DNA of 64,000 nt from Candidatus Eiseniibacteriota bacterium. Lineage in GTDB: Bacteria; Eisenbacteria; RBG-16-71-46; CAIMUX01; VGJL01. The DNA is taken from positions 704,001-768,000 of the forward strand of contig CAWBWI010000006.1 in assembly GCA_963792585.1 (NCBI GenBank), given 5' to 3'. Below are positions 58,357 to 64,000 of this stretch, piece by piece (position 1 is the stretch's first letter; each line of letters starts with the position of its first letter). The notes under the pieces are model-generated. The model had not been told where the DNA came from and did not search any database. It was given only the letters and a program-made list of their open reading frames with translations. The position numbers and the translations under genes are program-made.

Positions 58357-58737
58357 ATGGAACGGACCTGGAAGCCGACCGTCGCGGGTATCCTCGACCT
58401 CATCGCCGCCGGTTACGGGCTGATGGGAGGATGCGCGCTGCTCATGCTCGCCGGCATGTTCGCGTCGAGGATGTTCGGAATGGGCGACGAGGGGCCCGCG
58501 TTCGGGCGGTTCTTCACGACCGGTCTCTTTCACATCCTCGGTTGGGCGCACATCCTCTGTGGGATGCTGGCGATCCCCGGCGGGATCCTGAACCTGCAGC
58601 GAAGGGCCTGGTCCTGGGCGGTGATCTTCAGCGTCGCCGCAATTGTCGCGGCTTTCGTCCCCGGCCTCATCGCTCTGATCCTGACATCGATGTCGGAAAA
58701 GGAATTCAAGTCCGCCGGGGAACCCGCGCGCGTGTAG
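58357..58737 (+). CDS. Hypothetical membrane protein (3-4 TM)
   Basis: AAGGAG RBS; 'MERTWKPTVAGIL'; hydrophobic helices. Confidence 0.75.
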   Translation: MERTWKPTVAGILDLIAAGYGLMGGCALLMLAGMFASRMFGMGDEGPAFGRFFTTGLFHILGWAHILCGMLAIPGGILNLQRRAWSWAVIFSVAAIVAAFVPGLIALILTSMSEKEFKSAGEPARV

Positions 58738-58786
58738 GACGCGAGACGGCCGCCCAGACCCATGAACGGTTTTCTCTCTATTACTA

Positions 58787-60007
58787 CTAATTGACGACCA
58801 CGAGGCGTCCTACGCTTGCTCCGTGTTCGCCCGCGAGGCGGATGAGGTAGTGTCCCGCCGCGAGGCGCCGGCCGTCCTCGCGTCGCGGCTCCCAGGTGAT
58901 CCGATACTCTCCCGCCGTCACGGGGCCGTCAGCGAGCTTTGCTACAGTCCGCCCGGCCACGTCGGTGACCGTGATCCGGAGATTCTCCGTGCCCGCCACG
59001 GCATAGGTCAGCTCCATCGAGGCACGGCAGGGGTTGGGAGCGATTCCGCCAATCGTGAGTCGTGCGGGATGCGCCATCTGCTGGTCGGAGGCGGAGGCGA
59101 CGGGTTCTCCGAATCGTTGAACGCGGTTGTTGTACTGATCGGCCACATAGATGGAACCTTCCAGCCCGATGCCGATCCCGATCGCACCGTTGAACTCACC
59201 CGGACCGCTGCCGAATGCGCCGAATGCATCGACCAGGTCGCCGGAGGTCGTGAAGACCCGAATCATGTTGTGGTTGAAGTCGGCGACCCACAGCTGGCCG
59301 AGTGTGTCCACCTCGATGTCGGTCCCACCGGAGGTCGACGCATCGAAGCTGGCGAGGTAGTCCCCTCCCGTCGTGAACTCCTCGACAACGGGCTGATCCC
59401 ACTGCACGACGTACACGATTCCGTCCACCTCGACCACGCCCGAGGTCTGGCTCCCTCCATTGCTGCTCCAATCGAGTAGGGAGACGCCGGTGGAGGTGTA
59501 CTTGTGCACGGAGAAGTCGGTGTAGCCCGACACATAGACGTCGCCGGCCGCGTCGACCGCCACGTGATCGGCATTCGTGCTCGGAATCGCCCACGAGAGA
59601 AGGAACGCGCCTTCGCTGGTGAACTTCTCGAGCCGCGCGCCGGCATAGTCGCAGATGTACGCCTCCCCGCTCGGGTCGAAGGCGATACCGTAGGGCGTGT
59701 GGAACTCTCCGTCGCCGCTCCCGGTGCCGCCGAATGCAAAGAGCAGCTGCCCGCCGGTGGGCGTATAGACGCGCACCGAATCGTCATCGCACGAGACCCA
59801 TACGCGACCCGAAGGATCGACGTCGACATCCTCCACCGAGGCGGGAACCTCCCATTCCTCGGCGTAGGGCGGGATGACGGCGCGTGCGTGGTGGGCGAAT
59901 CCGCCGGTGGCGGCGAGGCCCGCGAGCGAGACGAGCATGAAGTGCAGCGCATGGTGGATGCGCCGCGAGCCACCTCCCTCGAGGGGAAGGAAGAGACGTG
60001 GAAACAT
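58787..60007 (-). CDS. Secreted NHL-repeat beta-propeller with FlgD/T9SS-like C-terminal domain
   Basis: 'GSGDGEF..PYGIA.D..G..Y..D' repeats; tail 'PNP...DVAGR.V..L...W......G..L..G.Y..RL'. Confidence 0.88.
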   Translation of the reverse strand: MFPRLFLPLEGGGSRRIHHALHFMLVSLAGLAATGGFAHHARAVIPPYAEEWEVPASVEDVDVDPSGRVWVSCDDDSVRVYTPTGGQLLFAFGGTGSGDGEFHTPYGIAFDPSGEAYICDYAGARLEKFTSEGAFLLSWAIPSTNADHVAVDAAGDVYVSGYTDFSVHKYTSTGVSLLDWSSNGGSQTSGVVEVDGIVYVVQWDQPVVEEFTTGGDYLASFDASTSGGTDIEVDTLGQLWVADFNHNMIRVFTTSGDLVDAFGAFGSGPGEFNGAIGIGIGLEGSIYVADQYNNRVQRFGEPVASASDQQMAHPARLTIGGIAPNPCRASMELTYAVAGTENLRITVTDVAGRTVAKLADGPVTAGEYRITWEPRREDGRRLAAGHYLIRLAGEHGASVGRLVVVN

Positions 60008-60250
60008 CGAAGCCCTCCTGTCCTTCTGCGGCGCTGTTGGGGAACGGGGGATCTTACTCGAATTCCACCCGAATCGGTGACTTGATTCGGATATCAGGTT
60101 GTAATTGACGAGTTTTTGTCGCGGTCGCCTGACCGGTTCGGTGCATGACGCTCGGCGCGAAGGATAGAGGATGGAGGGCGGTGCGCCCGCCTCTTACGTG
60201 CCCGCTTGCGACGGTCGGAAGGACGAGCTCCGAGGCTCCTGTGTGCCCGC

Positions 60251-61672
60251 TTACAGCTGATGCAAAGACGAGCTCGCAGGCTGGTGTGTCCCGGAGGATC
60301 GGCGCTCGACCGTCGGGAGGAGGAGACTGAACACGGAGCCCCTGCCGAGTTCGCTCCGCATTCGCAAGTCCCCTCCCATCCGCTGGGCGAGGCTCTTGGC
60401 GAGGGCAAGTCCGATCCCCAGGCCACCGATGGCCCGCGTGGTGGTTCCGTCCAGCTGGCGGAACGAGTCGAAGAGAACCGGGATCTGATCAGGGTCGATT
60501 CCCGGCCCATCGTCCTCGACTTCGATCTTGAGCCAGCTCTTGCTCTCCTCCTCAACGATCGCGGCCCGAAGGACGATGTGGGAGCCCTGAGGGGTGAACT
60601 TGACCGCGTTGTCGACGATCGCATCGAGAATCTGCCAGACCCGGCGCGCATCGAATCGCACCGACGGTCCGGCGCAATCCAATCGAATGGTAAACTCCCG
60701 CAGGCCGCCGACGATGCCGGGCAATCTGTCTCCGTAGAACTGCTCCAGCAGGGCCCGGACGTCTCCCGTCTGGATCTGGATATCGAGGTCGTCCCTCGAG
60801 ACATTCGAGAAATCGAGAAGTCGCTCGATGAGCGCCTTGAGCTTGCCGCTCTCCTCGATGGCGATCTTCAGGAAATCAGCTCTCGCCGTATTGTTCAAAT
60901 CCCCCAGCAGAAGCTCGAGGTACGCGATGACGATCGTGAGCGGCGTGCGGAGTTCGTGATTGACGTTGCTCAGGAACTGATTCTTCAGACGATCCAGTTC
61001 GTTCAGGTCCTCCGCCGCCTGACGGAGCTGCCGGTTCTTCTCGAGCAGGTTGTTGTAAAGGTTCGTATTCTCCAACGCCACGCCGAGCATTCCAAGGGAA
61101 CTCTGGATAGCCTGAAGGTCGACCGCCCGGAACGGTTCCCCGCTGATTCTGCCTCCTATGGCGACGAATCCGGTAAGCTTTCCATGGATCTGAACCGGCG
61201 CGAACAGCGCGAGACCCGTCTCTTCGACGAGTCTGCGATCCGCCAAGTTCATCGACTTCGCGAGGACCGCAGCCTCGACCGGATGGGGATCATCGAAAGC
61301 GCGCAGCGCGGCGGGAGAGACGAGCGCGGCGCCGATCGCAGGGACCCAGCGTCGCGGGATCCCATGGCTCCGCATGGACACGGGCGGCTTGATCGTCTCC
61401 GCGGGCAGGATCCAGAGCGCCGACTTGGATGTGCCCAGCTGCCCCATCAGGTTGAGGAGAACGCTGTCGATGATCTCGTACAGGCTCCTGGATAGAGCCA
61501 GTTCCTGGCCCAGCTCCAGAATCGAGCGCAGGCTGTGTTTCATCTGCGCAGCGACGCTCGTGAAGCCGTCCTCCGTCATCATCGGTTCGATCCCCGACGG
61601 GACCGAATCGGGATCAGGCGGCATTGCGCTCGCCGTAGGCTCCCGAGGTTCCATAGGCATTGCCTCGGGCAA
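60251..61672 (-). CDS. GAF-containing sensor histidine kinase
   Basis: 'LDRLK..FL.NV.HELRTPL', 'DNAVKFT', 'DDGPGI', 'GGLGIGL'. Start uncertain. Confidence 0.9.
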   Translation of the reverse strand: MPEAMPMEPREPTASAMPPDPDSVPSGIEPMMTEDGFTSVAAQMKHSLRSILELGQELALSRSLYEIIDSVLLNLMGQLGTSKSALWILPAETIKPPVSMRSHGIPRRWVPAIGAALVSPAALRAFDDPHPVEAAVLAKSMNLADRRLVEETGLALFAPVQIHGKLTGFVAIGGRISGEPFRAVDLQAIQSSLGMLGVALENTNLYNNLLEKNRQLRQAAEDLNELDRLKNQFLSNVNHELRTPLTIVIAYLELLLGDLNNTARADFLKIAIEESGKLKALIERLLDFSNVSRDDLDIQIQTGDVRALLEQFYGDRLPGIVGGLREFTIRLDCAGPSVRFDARRVWQILDAIVDNAVKFTPQGSHIVLRAAIVEEESKSWLKIEVEDDGPGIDPDQIPVLFDSFRQLDGTTTRAIGGLGIGLALAKSLAQRMGGDLRMRSELGRGSVFSLLLPTVERRSSGTHQPASSSLHQL

Positions 61673-62012
61673 GCGCCTCGACCGCCACCACCTCGTCCCG
61701 ATCGATGCTCAGAAAGCCGTCCAGATTGAGCAGCTTCACCACCGAATCCACGGCGGTCGAGAGAGCGGCGAATCGAATGGAGAGACCCGACTCGTGGAAC
61801 TCCTCGACGAGGGCGAGGAGCGCCCCAATTCCGCTCGACGCGATGAAGACGACTTCCGAGAGATTCAAGACGAGACTCATGTGACGGTCCTTCACGTCAC
61901 GGCACTTCCGTAGCAGGTCGGGAGTCGTTCTCGCGTTCATCGTTCCGGACACGCGCAGAACGGCGGTCTGCGGTGGGAATGCGACTTCCGTCATCGAAAG
62001 ATCATCGGACAT
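61614..62012 (-). CDS. STAS-domain anti-sigma-factor antagonist
   Basis: 'L.V.G', 'LVLNLSEV.FIASSGIGALL'. Confidence 0.9.
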   Translation of the reverse strand: MSDDLSMTEVAFPPQTAVLRVSGTMNARTTPDLLRKCRDVKDRHMSLVLNLSEVVFIASSGIGALLALVEEFHESGLSIRFAALSTAVDSVVKLLNLDGFLSIDRDEVVAVEALARGNAYGTSGAYGERNAA

Positions 62013-63999
62013 TGCTACAACTCCTCTGCTCGACGTTGAGGATTGTGGGATCGAAGACGAGGATCGTCGCGTTTCCGTCCCGGCTCGCGGGCTGGTAGAT
62101 GACCTGAGCCATCACCTTGTGGATGATGTCGAGGCCAAACCCGCGAGAGCGACGACGGACTTTCGGATCCCGGAGGTCGGAGGCTTCCCAGTTGTCGGGT
62201 GAGAAGGCCTTCCCATGATCCAGAATCACGAACGCGCCCGAAGGCGGAGAGTCCGGTCCGACGGCCGCATGCGCGTGCGCGTCGGCGACGGCCATCTCGG
62301 CGAAGTCGGCAGCCTTCTCCCCCGGGATCCACCAAACATTGAAAGTGCACTTGCTGTCCCCGCCATATCCGTGCTCCACGATGTTCGCGCAGGCCTCGTA
62401 GATCGCCGACGCCACCAACTGCATCGGCGTGGGCTCGAGATGCCGCAACTCGGGCAAGGATTCCAGCCAGCATGGGATTTCATCCATCTCGTCCAGAACC
62501 GCAGGCAGGTCCAGCCGGACGCCGCGCTCTCTTGCGAGCGTGATCCATCTCGATGGAGCACCTTCCATGTTCCGTTCCTTTCCGCTGTCCGACGGCGGTA
62601 CCAGTTCGAGCGACTGGGAGCGCTCGCGACTCACCACCAGGATCGTCTCGTCATCGCCGCGCGGCGTGCCTTCACGCCACTCGTCTAGGGCGAGACGGAG
62701 ACCGTCGATGACCGAAGCGCACCCCTCCGCGGCCTTCGCTTGAAGAACCGCGACCATCCGCTCGAAGTCGAACTGCGTCTTTCCCGAGAGGTCGAATGCT
62801 TCGTTGACGCCGTCGGTATACTGAACCAGCATGTCCCCTTGCTCGAGGGAGATCGCTTCATCGGAAAGGGTGCGACGAATCGCCCCGCCCCGGATCGCCG
62901 CGAGCGGGATTCCCTTCGAACGAACCTGGTCGATCTGGCGCGTTGCCGCACGGTAGATCATCAATGGTTGGTGACCCGCCGAGGCGAAGGTCAGGATCCC
63001 GGTGGCCGGATCGAGGATTCCGTAGAACATCGTCACGAAGCTGCCCGGGTTCAGGGTCTCGCCGAGCCGCTGGTCGAGCTGAGCGAGCATGGCGGTGGGC
63101 GAATCGTACTCGTCCCGGTATGCGCGCAGGAGCACCGAGAGCATCGACATCACGAGACAACCGGCAAGACCCTTGCCGGATACGTCCGCGACCGCGATCG
63201 CGATCCGGCCGTCGGCCAGACGGAGGACATCGTAGTAGTCCCCCCCGACCTCGGAGGCCGCCCGGTGGGCTCCATTGATGAGGAAGCTTCCGGCTACCGT
63301 CGGCGACTTGGGGAGCAGAGACGCCTGCATGTCCCTGGCAAGGTCCATCTCGTGGGACAGCCGCTCCTTCTCCACCATTTCTTCCTGGGCGACCTTGAGG
63401 CGCGATGCCATCTCGTCCACCGCGTCGCCGAGCATCCCGAGTTCGGTGCGGCTGCGTAGACGGATCGGCGCGTCCAGGTTTCCCGCTCCGATCCGCTCAA
63501 GGCCGGCCCGGAGGGAACCGATCGGTCGCAGCAGAACCGTCATGAGAACGAGAGCCGCGGCAACGCCGAGGCACAGCACGATTGCGAGAATCAGGGTCTG
63601 CTGCCGGTGCGCGGCGGCGATGATCCCCGTGATGTAGTCCCTTCGCAGGCCGACGGCGGCCGTGCCGATCGTCGGTCCTCCGACCCGGTTGACCGGCGCC
63701 GACGCAATCACCGTTTCCTTGTTGCCGACCAGGCTCTCTCCGGAGCGTAGCGTGATACCGCTCGCCTCGGGTCTGAGATCCGACGGCAGGACCATCTTCG
63801 TCCCGAGCATCCGGGGATCCGCATGACCCTGGATGATCCCCTCATGGTTGGCGACCACGGCCAGGCTGAGTTCCGGCTGATCGGACTGCATCTCCTTGGC
63901 CAGAGGGAGCAGGACGAGTTCCGGGAGATCGGTGAGGAGTGCGGAGGAGCTGGCGAGGGCCAGATTCCGCGCCTCGAGCAGGAGCCGGGTTTCGATCTC
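62002..63999 (-). CDS. HAMP + SpoIIE (PP2C) phosphatase fused to RsbW-like Ser kinase; 5' end beyond window
   Basis: 'VGGDYYD', 'ADVSGKG', 'YTDGV.EA', 'DD.T'; C-terminal 'EA..N..EHGY', 'D.G..F', 'RGFGL'. Frame open past ATG 63891 to the edge. Confidence 0.92.
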   Translation of the reverse strand, partial: EIETRLLLEARNLALASSSALLTDLPELVLLPLAKEMQSDQPELSLAVVANHEGIIQGHADPRMLGTKMVLPSDLRPEASGITLRSGESLVGNKETVIASAPVNRVGGPTIGTAAVGLRRDYITGIIAAAHRQQTLILAIVLCLGVAAALVLMTVLLRPIGSLRAGLERIGAGNLDAPIRLRSRTELGMLGDAVDEMASRLKVAQEEMVEKERLSHEMDLARDMQASLLPKSPTVAGSFLINGAHRAASEVGGDYYDVLRLADGRIAIAVADVSGKGLAGCLVMSMLSVLLRAYRDEYDSPTAMLAQLDQRLGETLNPGSFVTMFYGILDPATGILTFASAGHQPLMIYRAATRQIDQVRSKGIPLAAIRGGAIRRTLSDEAISLEQGDMLVQYTDGVNEAFDLSGKTQFDFERMVAVLQAKAAEGCASVIDGLRLALDEWREGTPRGDDETILVVSRERSQSLELVPPSDSGKERNMEGAPSRWITLARERGVRLDLPAVLDEMDEIPCWLESLPELRHLEPTPMQLVASAIYEACANIVEHGYGGDSKCTFNVWWIPGEKAADFAEMAVADAHAHAAVGPDSPPSGAFVILDHGKAFSPDNWEASDLRDPKVRRRSRGFGLDIIHKVMAQVIYQPASRDGNATILVFDPTILNVEQRSCSNVR

Positions 64000-64000
64000 G

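Overview
GC-rich bacterial DNA with no rRNA, intact tRNA or CRISPR array that I could see. Many secreted proteins end in a FlgD-Ig/T9SS-like C-terminal domain or in a short '(S/T)WGx(I/V)KxxY' tail. This resembles Candidatus Eisenbacteria/Krumholzibacteria/Latescibacterota-type genomes (inference from protein style only). From left to right: an FG-GAP propeller protein (runs off the window edge); a surface-glycan block (O-antigen-ligase-like, NoeA-like kinase-methyltransferase, YIDPG small protein, membrane sulfatase-fold transferase); large secreted hydrolases; a GT2 plus two GT-C glycosylation operon; a four-copy tandem array of ~1.2 kb cassettes (promoter, structured leader, Cys-rich secreted protein, conserved 3' element and hairpin); two EPS genes; a PadR/permease pair; an M1 peptidase; an Omp28-like protein with an in-frame UGA in a UxxC motif plus a SECIS-like hairpin (candidate selenoprotein, split by the ORF track); a frameshifted BNR-repeat gene; a complete IS1380 with a CTAG duplication; a long run of small enzymes (GNATs, cupins, PhzF, PabB-PabC, DDAH, ComB); lepB; an NHL protein; and a partner-switching module (SpoIIE-RsbW fusion, STAS, GAF histidine kinase). 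All calls are by eye from motifs; no searches or folding computations were run.
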